IMG/VR virus record: IMGVR_UViG_3300009678_000065
Span: 1-61,922 of that record
Source of the DNA: a virus
Taxonomy: Duplodnaviria > Caudoviricetes
Direction: 5' to 3' (one strand)
Length of the DNA: 61,922 nt
In this document: positions 26,811 to 36,490 of the stretch, in pieces
How positions within the stretch are numbered: position 1 is the stretch's first letter
How the letters are laid out: every line of letters begins with the position of its first letter
Translations under genes and position numbers: made by a program
The notes under the pieces: generated by a model
What the model was told of the DNA's origin: nothing
Database searches by the model: none
Seen by the model: only the letters and a program-made list of their open reading frames with translations

Positions 26811-27748
26811 CAGTTTTTCAGTGCCAACCCCGTAGTGCAGCGGCATCGTGGATGCGCTGGTGGCCCATCGATCTGTGCGCCGTCAACGTTGAACTTGCCA
26901 CCGAGAGGCTTCTTCTCGCCATCCATCGGCAGACAAATCGGGCAAGTCTTGTCATCCGGTGTGGTGATCCACTCCTCTTCTTCGTCGCCGTTGAGGAGTC
27001 CATCGTCCACGGCCTGCGCCCACGCTTCGCGCTGGCCTCCGTTGCTTGCCGCCATCGTTTCCGTTCGTGCGATCGTTTCGGCGCGGGACTCATCACCAAT
27101 GAGTTCGGTGATTTTGTCGGCCAAGTCGTGGGTGTCGAACTCACCATCGACGGTTCGTTCGACCAGGTCCTTCACGCGTTCGCGTGTGACCCGTGACATC
27201 TCGTCAATCAGCTCGCCTACGTGCTCGTCTACCCACTCCAACGCTTGTGGGTTCGTCTTGTCGAAGGCAAAGCCTTTGATCTTCGGTGCGGTCACCCGTA
27301 GGTGACCTGCCAACACTGTAGTCGCATCAGGTTCGTCGTTCAACAAATCTTTTGCGTCTTCATCAAGACCATCTGCGTCACTGTTTGACTCATCGAGCAG
27401 AGCATCAACACCACTCAACGCACGTTTAGAGTTATTGAGTCGCTCAGCTGCAGCAGTACCTGCAGCACCCTGGACCTTGGTCAACACTTCAGTGAAGGGT
27501 TTGCGGAATGCTCGATCGAATTCCTTGAGAGCACCATCGATGATCGACTCCACGCGGGCGACGTCGCCCGCCTTCAGAGCCAACTGCAGCGCGGCCTGGG
27601 GGATCTTGGCCTTGGCTCTGGCAAACGCCTTGTTTGCGACCTTGCGGGCGCGTGGTTGGAACCGATCCGCAGCCGTGTGGACGTGTTCCCAGCGGTTCTT
27701 ACGAACCGCCAGGAGCAACAACTGCGCGAGCACCCGAAGTGAGGCCAT
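26810..27748 (-). CDS. Mu gpF / SPP1 gp7-like minor head protein
   Basis: RAETIARTE, W..TPDDKTCPIC..DG, PPAHPRCRC. Confidence 0.88.
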   Translation of the reverse strand: MASLRVLAQLLLLAVRKNRWEHVHTAADRFQPRARKVANKAFARAKAKIPQAALQLALKAGDVARVESIIDGALKEFDRAFRKPFTEVLTKVQGAAGTAAAERLNNSKRALSGVDALLDESNSDADGLDEDAKDLLNDEPDATTVLAGHLRVTAPKIKGFAFDKTNPQALEWVDEHVGELIDEMSRVTRERVKDLVERTVDGEFDTHDLADKITELIGDESRAETIARTETMAASNGGQREAWAQAVDDGLLNGDEEEEWITTPDDKTCPICLPMDGEKKPLGGKFNVDGAQIDGPPAHPRCRCTTGLALKN

Positions 27749-29181
27749 TACCGACGGGCCTCTCGGATGATCGTCGCCAACATGTTCATGTCGTTCGCGT
27801 TGATGGCTCGCTCCATCGCACGCAAGAGCACCTTCTCTTCGGTCTTGGCCTTCGGAGCAGCGCTACCGTCCGCGTTCTCGTCGCCACCACCAACTGAATC
27901 GTTGACCACCTCTTCGAGAGGCGGCAGATCCAGGACCTTCTCGCGGATATCGTCGGGCGTGACGACCGTTTCGCCCGCTGCGCTGTTCAACGACGCCCAC
28001 TTCGCGGCAATCTCAGCGCGCTGCGTGTCGTCCATCACGCGAAGAGCGGAGAACTTGACCTCGTACTTCTTGTTCTTGGCCTCGGGCAGCACGCCCAGCT
28101 CCTGGAACCGCGCCACCATCGGCCGCACGACGTACGGGATGGCAAAGTCGTTGCGACGATCGACGACTCGATCGTCCCAGTTGCTACGATCCTGTGTGGA
28201 AGCGAGCTGACCACGCTCGCTTCCCATCAGAATGCGCTGCGGAATGCCCGTGCCCGCGCTGATGATCGACACGATCGACTCCACCGGGCCGGAGAAGTCG
28301 GCCACCTGGCTGCCCAGGTTGTTCACCTTGACGCCGCGCGTGAGCAACAGGCGTCGAAGATCGTGCTCGTATTCGTGCAGCTGCTTCTTGAGTGCGACCT
28401 TGCTCTCAGGTGAGAAGTCGAGCGTCGGGTCCAGATCGAACTGCATCCCGCTATCAGCACGCTTCCAGAAGGCCTCGGCACCCGCTCCTTTGACCTTCTC
28501 CAGGTCATCCAGGTCGTTCCAGATGCACTCCAGGCGCGGCTCGCCGTAGATGCTGTCATCCAAAAGACCATCCGCGATGTGAATCACGCGCGTCCAGTGG
28601 ACGTTCTTGGCGATGTTCGCACTGTTCTGTGCGGTCGTGCTGTTCATCGACGTCCGTTTCACGTTGTAGAAGGTCGGCAGGCCAAAGCGCGGGTTCTTGC
28701 TGTCGATCTCGAACAGCTGAATGGTCGCATCCTCCTCCGCGTACGGAGTGAGGTAAGCAATCTCGTCCGCGCCCGCGTTGAGCAGCGGCTGGTCCAGTTC
28801 ACCAGGCGCACCAATCAAGAGGATCGAGTACCGGCCGATGCCCGCGAGGACATCCGCACGGTAGATCTTGTCCCAGATGTTGAGGCGGTCGTTCAGGTCA
28901 GTCCACGCTTGCTCGAAATCGGTCGTGACGGTCGGCTTCTCATCGTCCACCAGCTCCGCACCGCCGCGCCAGGTTGCCTTCGGCAGCGCCTTGACGATCC
29001 GGTTGGCGACCGCGTTCCGACGGTACCGCGCACGATAGTCCGCAGGCTCTAGCACTCGCTTGTAGCCCAGCGCGCGGTACATGTCACGACGCCCACCGAA
29101 CATCTGACTGGCGATGTTCCACAGGCGCGACCGTCCACCACCCAGGGCGTCGGCCATTGCTCGAATGTCCATGATTCCCAT
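27748..29181 (-). CDS. Portal protein (DUF1073-like)
   Basis: ANRIV..P..TW, HWTRVIH, SAGTGIPQRILMG, VVTPDDIRE; upstream of gpF. Confidence 0.85.
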   Translation of the reverse strand: MGIMDIRAMADALGGGRSRLWNIASQMFGGRRDMYRALGYKRVLEPADYRARYRRNAVANRIVKALPKATWRGGAELVDDEKPTVTTDFEQAWTDLNDRLNIWDKIYRADVLAGIGRYSILLIGAPGELDQPLLNAGADEIAYLTPYAEEDATIQLFEIDSKNPRFGLPTFYNVKRTSMNSTTAQNSANIAKNVHWTRVIHIADGLLDDSIYGEPRLECIWNDLDDLEKVKGAGAEAFWKRADSGMQFDLDPTLDFSPESKVALKKQLHEYEHDLRRLLLTRGVKVNNLGSQVADFSGPVESIVSIISAGTGIPQRILMGSERGQLASTQDRSNWDDRVVDRRNDFAIPYVVRPMVARFQELGVLPEAKNKKYEVKFSALRVMDDTQRAEIAAKWASLNSAAGETVVTPDDIREKVLDLPPLEEVVNDSVGGGDENADGSAAPKAKTEEKVLLRAMERAINANDMNMLATIIREARR

Positions 29182-29207
29182 TACTCTCTCCTAATGCTGT
29201 TGTCGGT

Positions 29208-29552
29208 TTACAGAGAAATGAACACTTCGACCGACAGTGGCACGGACACAATCGCACCGTCATCAAACGCGCAGCACACGCGAACGGCGAAGGCGGGGTC
29301 TTCGATGGGGTTGCCACTAAAGGTGATATCAAGTTCCCCGTTGACCACGGCAGCCAGACTCATGGAATTCGTGGGCACCCCCATAGGATCATCAGGAGCT
29401 GCGTAGTACAACGCCACTGGCCTGACACCAGCAAGGCCCTTGCAGTTCCTATCGCGGAACCTAAAGGACACCGTTTGACTGGGGCCAGCTCCCTCAAGCT
29501 CAAACACTGGACTCACCGTCACGAAACTATTGGCTGCTGAAATGCTCGACAT
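29208..29552 (-). CDS. Hypothetical protein
   Basis: Tightly packed minus-strand ORF between TerL and portal. Confidence 0.5.
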   Translation of the reverse strand: MSSISAANSFVTVSPVFELEGAGPSQTVSFRFRDRNCKGLAGVRPVALYYAAPDDPMGVPTNSMSLAAVVNGELDITFSGNPIEDPAFAVRVCCAFDDGAIVSVPLSVEVFISL

Positions 29553-29867
29553 TTACTCTCTCCCAATGACCGTGGCGACCACGGATTTGAAACCGATAAC
29601 CTTGGCCATCTCATCGACGACCACGACGGTCAGTGTGCACTTGCCGCCCGACGTGATCTTGAACGTCAAGCGGTGCGGTTTATCGTCCCAGTCCCAAGAG
29701 GAACTGGAGTAGTACCCATTGTCACAATCCAACTCGGCGCGGACGGCGCGGCCCTCCTTGATGGAGACGTTGGCCTGCAGAACCGTCGGAGCAAACGAGA
29801 TGGCCGGGGTCAGCGACACCCGAAGGAAGACATCAAGCAGCGCGACGGCTATCAGCGGGCATGACAT
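29553..29867 (-). CDS. Hypothetical protein with hydrophobic N-terminus and Ig-like beta content
   Basis: Hydrophobic N-terminus; alternating beta pattern. Confidence 0.5.
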   Translation of the reverse strand: MSCPLIAVALLDVFLRVSLTPAISFAPTVLQANVSIKEGRAVRAELDCDNGYYSSSSWDWDDKPHRLTFKITSGGKCTLTVVVVDEMAKVIGFKSVVATVIGRE

Positions 29868-30024
29868 CGGCGTTGCTCTGTTGACGCATCATCTGATCGA
29901 GCTGCCGAAGGTAGCCCTCGATGTAACTCACGCGCTGGTTCAACGCGGAGTACGCGTCGATCGCTTTGTAGGTGGCCGTGGCCACCATGACTCCTACCAA
30001 CATGCCGAGCAGGAACTTTCTCAT
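29833..30024 (-). CDS. Small TM plus coiled-coil protein
   Basis: MRKFLLGMLVGVMVATA..; ATGA overlap. Confidence 0.55.
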   Translation of the reverse strand: MRKFLLGMLVGVMVATATYKAIDAYSALNQRVSYIEGYLRQLDQMMRQQSNADVMPADSRRAA

Positions 30025-30233
30025 CGCATCACCTCGACCATCAACAGCAGCGAGACGCTGGCGTTGGCCAGGCCACGCTTGAGTGCAGCCATCAGATCCA
30101 CAAGCTTGTGCTCGCAAGTATTCCGTTTGCAGTAGCAGTCGTTGGGACAAGGACAGACGTTCGGATTCTCGTTCGCGTGCTCGCAGAGCCACGGTCCTTT
30201 CACCAAGACCGGGCGCTTCAGTTGATCGGTCAT
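30021..30233 (-). CDS. Small Cys-rich protein
   Basis: GGAGG RBS; CEH..CPCPNDCYC..C. Confidence 0.5.
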   Translation of the reverse strand: MTDQLKRPVLVKGPWLCEHANENPNVCPCPNDCYCKRNTCEHKLVDLMAALKRGLANASVSLLLMVEVMR

Positions 30234-30327
30234 TGCACCCACCTCCACACGCTGCGAACGCGCAGCGCGATCCGATGCCACTTGGCCAGGTCCCGTGAAA
30301 AGCGACAGGCGAACAGCCACGCGCGCA

Positions 30328-30546
30328 TCATGAGTCTTGGCCCTTGTACACAACGTATGCAGCGAACAAATAATTCTCTCCGTACTTACCTGTCTTAGCC
30401 AGGCTGTACTGCACGTCGAGCACGTTCGCGGGTGTCAACGTCTTGAGGAACGTATTCACAATCTCTTCGAGCGATGCACCCGTCGCCGGAGTGGTGGGCT
30501 GTAGGGTGTCAGCCAGGAACGTTTTGGTGAGTGTTTTCACAGCCAT
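30328..30546 (-). CDS. Hypothetical protein
   Basis: Starts 3 nt after the TerL stop. Confidence 0.6.
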   Translation of the reverse strand: MAVKTLTKTFLADTLQPTTPATGASLEEIVNTFLKTLTPANVLDVQYSLAKTGKYGENYLFAAYVVYKGQDS

Positions 30547-30549
30547 GTA

Positions 30550-32100
30550 TCACCAACTACAATCCGCTTGGACCTTCGGGGTCTCCAGCAACACTGCGTT
30601 GAACGCGGTGGCCGAGGCGTCCACCTGGTCGTCGTGCTTCACGGTTGGGAAGTCACGCAACTCATTGATGTACTTTTGCACCCAGGCTGCACCACGCGGG
30701 AGGTAGACGTTGCCCGCGTTCACCTGCGCACGATAGGGCTTCGAGTAGATCGTCTTGTTGACGTTCTTCGGGACCTCAGCGTAGTCGTATCCCTTGAGCA
30801 GCTTGGCCCGCGCACTGGTGACCGCCTTGCCAGACGATCCGCCCTCACGCTCTTCGCGCTGGGCCACCGCAATGCCATCCGCTTCGGCCGTCGAACGCAT
30901 CAAGAGGTCCACGCCCTCCGGTCCAAGGTTCTCGGACTTCACATCGAGGAGGTAGTAGCGACCAGTCGGGGTCGCCTTCTTGCGTCCGTCCTCGACACGC
31001 TGATCGATCTCCTCGCCCATCTTCACGCCGACCGTAGGATCGCCGCCACCTTCGGTCGCGCCTGTGTCCCAGCCACGTGCGATACGCATCAGCGCTGGCG
31101 GCACATCGTAGAACTTGAACATCTCGATCTTGAACAGTCGTCCGCCCTTCGCGGCGGGACGCTGCTGGAGCTGGCCCGGTGCGTCTTCGACCAAGTCCAT
31201 CTCCAACTGCTTGACCTTGGCTTCGTTGAACAGCGCGGGCCACAACAGTTCACCCTCGACGGTGCGTCGGTCGCGCGGGTCACTCTGGTAGCCCTCAGGT
31301 TCCTGGTCCGATGGCTCACGTGACTTCTCGAACCGCATCGGCCAGCACACGTGGACGTACGACTCGAACGTCGGGCCGTTCAGCAGGAAGCCCGAAAGGT
31401 CTTCTTCGTGGAGTCGCTGGCCCAGCACGATGATCGCAGCGTCGATGCCCGCTCCGCGCGTGGTCACCGTGCCTGAGAACCAATCGGTGACTGTCTTGCG
31501 AAGCGTGTCGCTCTGAGCATCGATCGCTGTCGATGCGTCGTCGATCAGGATGAAGTCAGGGTGGAGACCCGTGCCCTCGCCGCCGACCGACGTACCAATG
31601 CGCCAACCACCTGCGACCGAGTCGAAGCGTCCCTTCTCATCCTGGTCAGCCTTCAGCTTCAACGGCCAGTACGACTGGAACCAATCACTGCGGATGATCT
31701 TGCGCGATGAGATGTTGGCGTCGTACGCACGCGGGGCCGAGTAGGAAGCGGTGAGGATCTTGAGCTTGGAGTTGCGTGCCCACAACCAACACGGAAAGAA
31801 CACGCTGACCAACAGCGTCTTCATCGTGCCAGGTGGAACGTTGATGATGGTGCGCTTGACCCGGCCCTCGGCTACGTCTTCAAGGTGCAGGCACAGCTCT
31901 TCGATGTGCCAGTTACCAACGAACGCGCGGTTGGGTTCAACGATGTGCCACGACGCCTGGACGAACGCGTAGAGAGACGAGGACAAGCGTCGGGCCGCGA
32001 CCTGCTGTCGCAACGCTGACGCTCGTTCGATCTGATCTGATGCGTTGTCGAGTACTGCAGTGGCAACGGCCAAGGGCCAACTCCTTCCGAGTTGCGTCAT
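30550..32100 (-). CDS. terL: Terminase large subunit
   Basis: INVPPGTMKT (Walker A), ILIDD (Walker B), GWDTG, FP..KHDDQVDA nuclease motif. Confidence 0.93.
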   Translation of the reverse strand: MTQLGRSWPLAVATAVLDNASDQIERASALRQQVAARRLSSSLYAFVQASWHIVEPNRAFVGNWHIEELCLHLEDVAEGRVKRTIINVPPGTMKTLLVSVFFPCWLWARNSKLKILTASYSAPRAYDANISSRKIIRSDWFQSYWPLKLKADQDEKGRFDSVAGGWRIGTSVGGEGTGLHPDFILIDDASTAIDAQSDTLRKTVTDWFSGTVTTRGAGIDAAIIVLGQRLHEEDLSGFLLNGPTFESYVHVCWPMRFEKSREPSDQEPEGYQSDPRDRRTVEGELLWPALFNEAKVKQLEMDLVEDAPGQLQQRPAAKGGRLFKIEMFKFYDVPPALMRIARGWDTGATEGGGDPTVGVKMGEEIDQRVEDGRKKATPTGRYYLLDVKSENLGPEGVDLLMRSTAEADGIAVAQREEREGGSSGKAVTSARAKLLKGYDYAEVPKNVNKTIYSKPYRAQVNAGNVYLPRGAAWVQKYINELRDFPTVKHDDQVDASATAFNAVLLETPKVQADCSW

Positions 32101-32173
32101 CCCTCCAGTCGTTGTGTAGGTTGAGTGCTACCGCGAGTGGTACGTCGTATACCGACGTCCAGGTTGTGTTGGG

Positions 32174-32857
32174 TTACCCCTTGGTCTCCTGGCCCTCGAC
32201 CACCCCGGTAGCTTGAACGAGTAAGGGTACCGCACGCGCTGAAGGAATCGCAAGGGATTCTCGTACTTGGCGCGAGGCAATCTTTCCTTTAAACACGTCC
32301 AGTGCCTCAAGCAACATGCTCAGCTCTTCAAATTCCTGTTCGCTCAGTTGAGATACGTCTAGGTAGTGTTCGTCCACCGCCTTTGCAGTCAGGTCGATCG
32401 ATGACCTTGGTCCAAAGCCAGTACGATTGAGTAGCTGCCATCGAAGTGAGGCAATATACTTTTTGTATTTGAGTGTGCCATTTGGGTATCCACACGTGTC
32501 ACACGATTCCTCCATCGATTGATCAATCTCATCGAGGATGCCTTCGATCGCGGGCATGCGCGCGATAGCCAGAAGCCTCTCGGCCTTGGCCACCGTCTGC
32601 GGTGCTCTCTCGCCGTGCTTCCTGCACACCGGGTACCCTGCCTTTGGTGATCGTCGGCACGGTAGACCGTTCGCTGTCTGCAGTGATCCACAACCGCCCG
32701 CGCCCTTGACCACGCGGACCATGTCGTGAAGACGCTCGGTGCGATCGTCGCCAACCAACTGCGCCAGCTCGTTCAACCACAGATCAACGCGCGGCAACTG
32801 CGCGATCTGGTTCCCGGCCACCAAGGATGTCTTCCCGTCCAACTGTTCTTCTTTCAC
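32174..32857 (-). CDS. Terminase small subunit candidate
   Basis: Directly upstream of TerL; C..C..CRKHG zinc motif, LLNRTGFG, DVSQLSEQE. Confidence 0.65.
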   Translation of the reverse strand: MKEEQLDGKTSLVAGNQIAQLPRVDLWLNELAQLVGDDRTERLHDMVRVVKGAGGCGSLQTANGLPCRRSPKAGYPVCRKHGERAPQTVAKAERLLAIARMPAIEGILDEIDQSMEESCDTCGYPNGTLKYKKYIASLRWQLLNRTGFGPRSSIDLTAKAVDEHYLDVSQLSEQEFEELSMLLEALDVFKGKIASRQVRESLAIPSARAVPLLVQATGVVEGQETKG

Positions 32858-33300
32858 GGCCTGTTTCTCCTGGGTCCGATAATGCGTCTTATGTTAACTT
32901 GGCTTCGCCACGTTTCGCCTTGAATTGCGCCACATTCCTGCGGTCTTCGCTTTGGCACGGTCCTTGATTCGTGGTGTCCTGGGACCTTCGCCCCTCGTGG
33001 ACTCACCCACACCTGGGCGTCACCAGTCAAGCCCCTGCTGTAACCTCGCAGGATTAAAAGGGTTACGGCCCGTGGTGCTGTACGCCTGGCACCAGGCCAG
33101 CGCACGACCAGGCGATCGGGTCTTGGGCCTTGGCCCACCGGGCCGCGAACGCGGGCCTACGTTCGTCGCACCAACGGTGGACGTTCCGTGGGCCTCGCGC
33201 CAAGCACGTAGGTCCACCACGCGCGGGCCTCGGGCAACGGCGGGGGAAACGCGCGCGTCGGTCCTCGCGCCTGCGGGTTTCGAGCCGTGGCTCATAGGGT

Positions 33301-33591
33301 TGGACGGTGATGCCCGAAGTGTAGAGCCATCACCGTCCACATCACCGTCCAGGCTTTTTGCCATATTAAGGCCTACTTCTTTCAATGGACGGTGATGGAC
33401 GGTGATGTACGAGATGATTGGCTAATTGGTATACTGTCATCGCAGCCCTCTGAAATTCCCGTTCACCGATTTGGTGGCCTCAACCCCGTCCATCACCGTC
33501 CACCCTCTCTTAACTCTTGTTGGCTCAGCACTTTAACCAGCGCCGGGGATGCGATTTTCATCACCGTCTGGACGGGGATGATCCCCGTCCA
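33301..33591. repeat. Iteron-like array of CATCACCGTCCA (about 10 exact or near copies, both orientations); candidate replication origin
   Basis: Copies at 33301(rc), 33328, 33340, 33386(rc), 33396(rc), 33491; variants at 33481, 33559, 33569(rc), 33580; immediately downstream of the primase-helicase. Confidence 0.7.
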
Positions 33592-33607
33592 CAAGACCGA
33601 TCGCGCA

Positions 33608-35857
33608 TCAAAATGGCAGGTTCTTCTTCGGGTTCCCAGAGTCGGTTGGCCCATTGGACACAGGCCCGTCGCTCTCTTCCCACGTTGTTTTCGTCCCTGC
33701 CATCGAATCAAACAGCTCGCGCGCTTCGTTCAACGGCAGCACAGTACGTCGAGCTGACCTAGTGCCATCGGCCGCGCGTGCTCGCACTTCCTTCCCGAGC
33801 CAGGGCTTGAGCACCCGGCGTGCCATGTCGATCTCTGAGACTCGTCGGTTGATCTTCATGTCATCACACCACCGAAGGTACTCGGCATGGACGATACGGA
33901 CTGACACATCGTTGGGCCAAGGTTCGTCGTTCAGCTCGCCCATACGCAGGCGATCTTTCCACCACCGTTGCTCCGGTGTCAACGACATCTCCTGTTGTTC
34001 CCGCAGCTCGTTGGTCATAGGCACACGACGGATGTCATCGTGGTCCACCTGGCGCGTCAACAGGTACGACAGCAGGGCCGCTTTGCCCGCGTTGTTCATC
34101 TCCTTGTTGATGGCGTTGAAGTACGCGTGGTCTTGAAGGTGCGCGCTGCTGACCTTGAGTGAGAAGAACCGTCGCTCTTTGAACGACGCCTGGTGGGCGT
34201 GGTCGTTATTGGTCGCCATGATCAGGTGGATGCAGTTGTTCTCTTCGACGACGTCGATGCCCTTCCGCTCAATCGAGAGCGTGGGTTCGCTGATCAACCG
34301 CTTCAGTGATCCCAGGTCCTTCTTGTCGCCCGCGAAGAAGGCCTCGTCAGCGAAGATGACGATCTTGCTGCTGATGGCCGCGTTGAATTTGCCAGCGAGC
34401 TGTTCAGTGCGATCGAGGTGGGTGTAGTGACGGCCGAACAGGCTGCCGAACGTACGGGCAAAGGTTCCTTTGCCCGTACCTAGTTCGCCTTTCATCATCA
34501 CACTCACTTCGATGGGAATGCCAGGTTGCTGGACTGTAAGAGCCATCCACTTCAGGAGGTAGTCGTAGTACTCTTGGTTGCCGTCGCAGATCACCTCGAA
34601 CATCATGTCCAGGTACTTCTGACACCCAGCCTTGGCGTGTTGGTCCGCCCACTCGCGGAGCGTGTCGCGACTGGATCGATCGGCTTCGTTCTCCGGCAAC
34701 AACGGCTCGACCGAGAATCCAATCCAGAGGTTGTAGTCCTTCTCGTGACAGGTCAGTGGAGGTGGCCAGAAGCCTACCGTGCGATAGGATCTCTTCTTCG
34801 GGTGCTCGCGCCAGATCTCGAACTTGGTGCGAAAGACGTTGACCTCGGCCGTGGTTTCCTTGCCGTCGTCACCCTTGGTCTTCTGTTTCTTGGTGCCGAT
34901 CTTCACGCGCTGGTTGGCGTACTCCTCGAACAGTGCACGGGCTGGTTGGAAGACCACGCCGGTGTCGGTCTCCAGGCCGTACACGTAGTCCTTGCCGACG
35001 CGGGCACCGAAGCGATGGGCATTCATCTCGCTCACCAGGCCGTCGAACACCGCAGTGTTGGAACCGTACCACTTGATGAGAAGTGCGACGACCTCTTTGC
35101 CCAGCTCTGCTTCCAGGTAAGGTCCGCCAGCGATCTTGCCACCAGCGTCGAAGTTCAAGACGGTGTCGCGCGCTACACGTGTGCGATCCTCGATCTCGTC
35201 GTCCTTGGCGATGGTAGCTGCCAGGCGAATGATGTCCTCGATCTCCTTGGACGCCAGGCCACGTGCGGCCAAGAACCCAGCCGCGTGGCCCGCAGCGTTG
35301 TGCCGCGCGCCACTCGGCCAGTGACGCGCCAGCAACGCAGCCGTGGCCGTCGAACGCGCGGCCAGGCGCAAGAGTTCCTGCTCCACGGTGGCGGGGACGT
35401 CGCCGGGCAGGTCCGATGGCTGGCCGTCCACGAGCCAGAAGAGCTTCTCTCCACTGGGGTGAGTGCTCGCTGGTACTACGGTCTGCCCTCCAGTGGAGCG
35501 AAGCTCGACGAGGACCTTGCCATCGGTGTCCAGCCACCGCTCGCTCTTGTTGACGCCTTTGGCGATGTACCAGTAGTGGCTGACGCCCACGCTTTGCCGA
35601 CCGTGCCTTCGCGCGGTTGGCAACATGATGTCGTTGGCCGCGATGACGGCCTCTGGGCAGTCCAGGTCTACGTCCACCAGGTGACCGGATGGTTCGCCCA
35701 GGCGGATGCCGATGTTGTCGTTCTCCAGAAAGTCCTCGACGGAGAACGTGCGGTTGACCCAGTCTTTAACTTCAGGAGCCTTGCGGCCGTAGGGGATCGG
35801 TAGCACCGACCACCCTTCAGACATGTATCGTTGGACCAGAAAGCGGGTGTCACTCAT
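33608..35857 (-). CDS. Bifunctional primase-polymerase (Prim-Pol) fused to SF3/D5-like helicase
   Basis: NIGIRLG..DVDLD, HYWY, TVVPASTHPSG; GELGTGKGT, FADEA, ATN, RRF. Confidence 0.92.
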   Translation of the reverse strand: MSDTRFLVQRYMSEGWSVLPIPYGRKAPEVKDWVNRTFSVEDFLENDNIGIRLGEPSGHLVDVDLDCPEAVIAANDIMLPTARRHGRQSVGVSHYWYIAKGVNKSERWLDTDGKVLVELRSTGGQTVVPASTHPSGEKLFWLVDGQPSDLPGDVPATVEQELLRLAARSTATAALLARHWPSGARHNAAGHAAGFLAARGLASKEIEDIIRLAATIAKDDEIEDRTRVARDTVLNFDAGGKIAGGPYLEAELGKEVVALLIKWYGSNTAVFDGLVSEMNAHRFGARVGKDYVYGLETDTGVVFQPARALFEEYANQRVKIGTKKQKTKGDDGKETTAEVNVFRTKFEIWREHPKKRSYRTVGFWPPPLTCHEKDYNLWIGFSVEPLLPENEADRSSRDTLREWADQHAKAGCQKYLDMMFEVICDGNQEYYDYLLKWMALTVQQPGIPIEVSVMMKGELGTGKGTFARTFGSLFGRHYTHLDRTEQLAGKFNAAISSKIVIFADEAFFAGDKKDLGSLKRLISEPTLSIERKGIDVVEENNCIHLIMATNNDHAHQASFKERRFFSLKVSSAHLQDHAYFNAINKEMNNAGKAALLSYLLTRQVDHDDIRRVPMTNELREQQEMSLTPEQRWWKDRLRMGELNDEPWPNDVSVRIVHAEYLRWCDDMKINRRVSEIDMARRVLKPWLGKEVRARAADGTRSARRTVLPLNEARELFDSMAGTKTTWEESDGPVSNGPTDSGNPKKNLPF

Positions 35858-36194
35858 AGGAACGCTTCTGCGCTTCGTTCTCTTCGCGCGTTTGCCAGGC
35901 CAGGTGGCCGGGGTTCACGCAGCGTGAGTTCTCGCCGTAGGGACATGTGTGACCAGCTTCGTGCTGATCGGTGGGTGGAGGCCCAGCGTACCACGTCAGG
36001 AGGAGCCGCGCCACTAACACGACGCGCGTACCTCTCCCGCCTAACTGGATCACCGGCCGCGCGCCTCGTCGGCTCTTGATGAAAGCGCCGAGCCAGTTCC
36101 AGCAGCCGGTGGTCTCGTCCTCCAGGATCTTAGAGACGACGCGACCGAGGAGAGTACGGGTACCCTCCTCGATCGGTTGAGCGACGTTGCCCAC
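35850..36194 (-). CDS. HNH endonuclease (zinc-binding loop type)
   Basis: GCWNWLG..HTC..CVNPGHL..T..EN. Confidence 0.8.
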   Translation of the reverse strand: MGNVAQPIEEGTRTLLGRVVSKILEDETTGCWNWLGAFIKSRRGARPVIQLGGRGTRVVLVARLLLTWYAGPPPTDQHEAGHTCPYGENSRCVNPGHLAWQTREENEAQKRSYE

Positions 36195-36490
36195 TACGCG
36201 TTGATCGGTGCGCCCATCACTTCAAAGTTGTGATTGGGCAGGTCCACCTTCGTGAGAAGATCCAGCCGCGTGAGCGGCGAGGGTTTCCCAACTGCCCGTC
36301 TGGTCTTGGGGTCGATCGCTTGCACCTTGACGTACGGCACGTTGCCGCTCCACGTTGGACGCACCGCGATCTCCAAGACGTGCGCCAGGGTGACCCAGAG
36401 GCTCGACGATTGCCGCCCTGGGTAGATGAGGTAGTCCCCGACCTTGATCGGTTTGCCGAGGACGTCGGTGACGACAAGCGGTTCGTTCAT
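36194..36490 (-). CDS. Small beta-barrel (SH3-like) hypothetical protein
   Basis: DVLGKPIKVGDY; coupled to neighbours. Confidence 0.55.
   Translation of the reverse strand: MNEPLVVTDVLGKPIKVGDYLIYPGRQSSSLWVTLAHVLEIAVRPTWSGNVPYVKVQAIDPKTRRAVGKPSPLTRLDLLTKVDLPNHNFEVMGAPINA

Noticed and set aside
27748-29181. Anti-CBASS Acb1 (a label sometimes attached to DUF1073 proteins)
   Set aside because: No 2H-phosphoesterase HxT motifs seen; size and position indicate portal.
33301-33591. CRISPR array
   Set aside because: The repeats are only 12 bp, in both orientations and irregularly spaced, with no cas genes.
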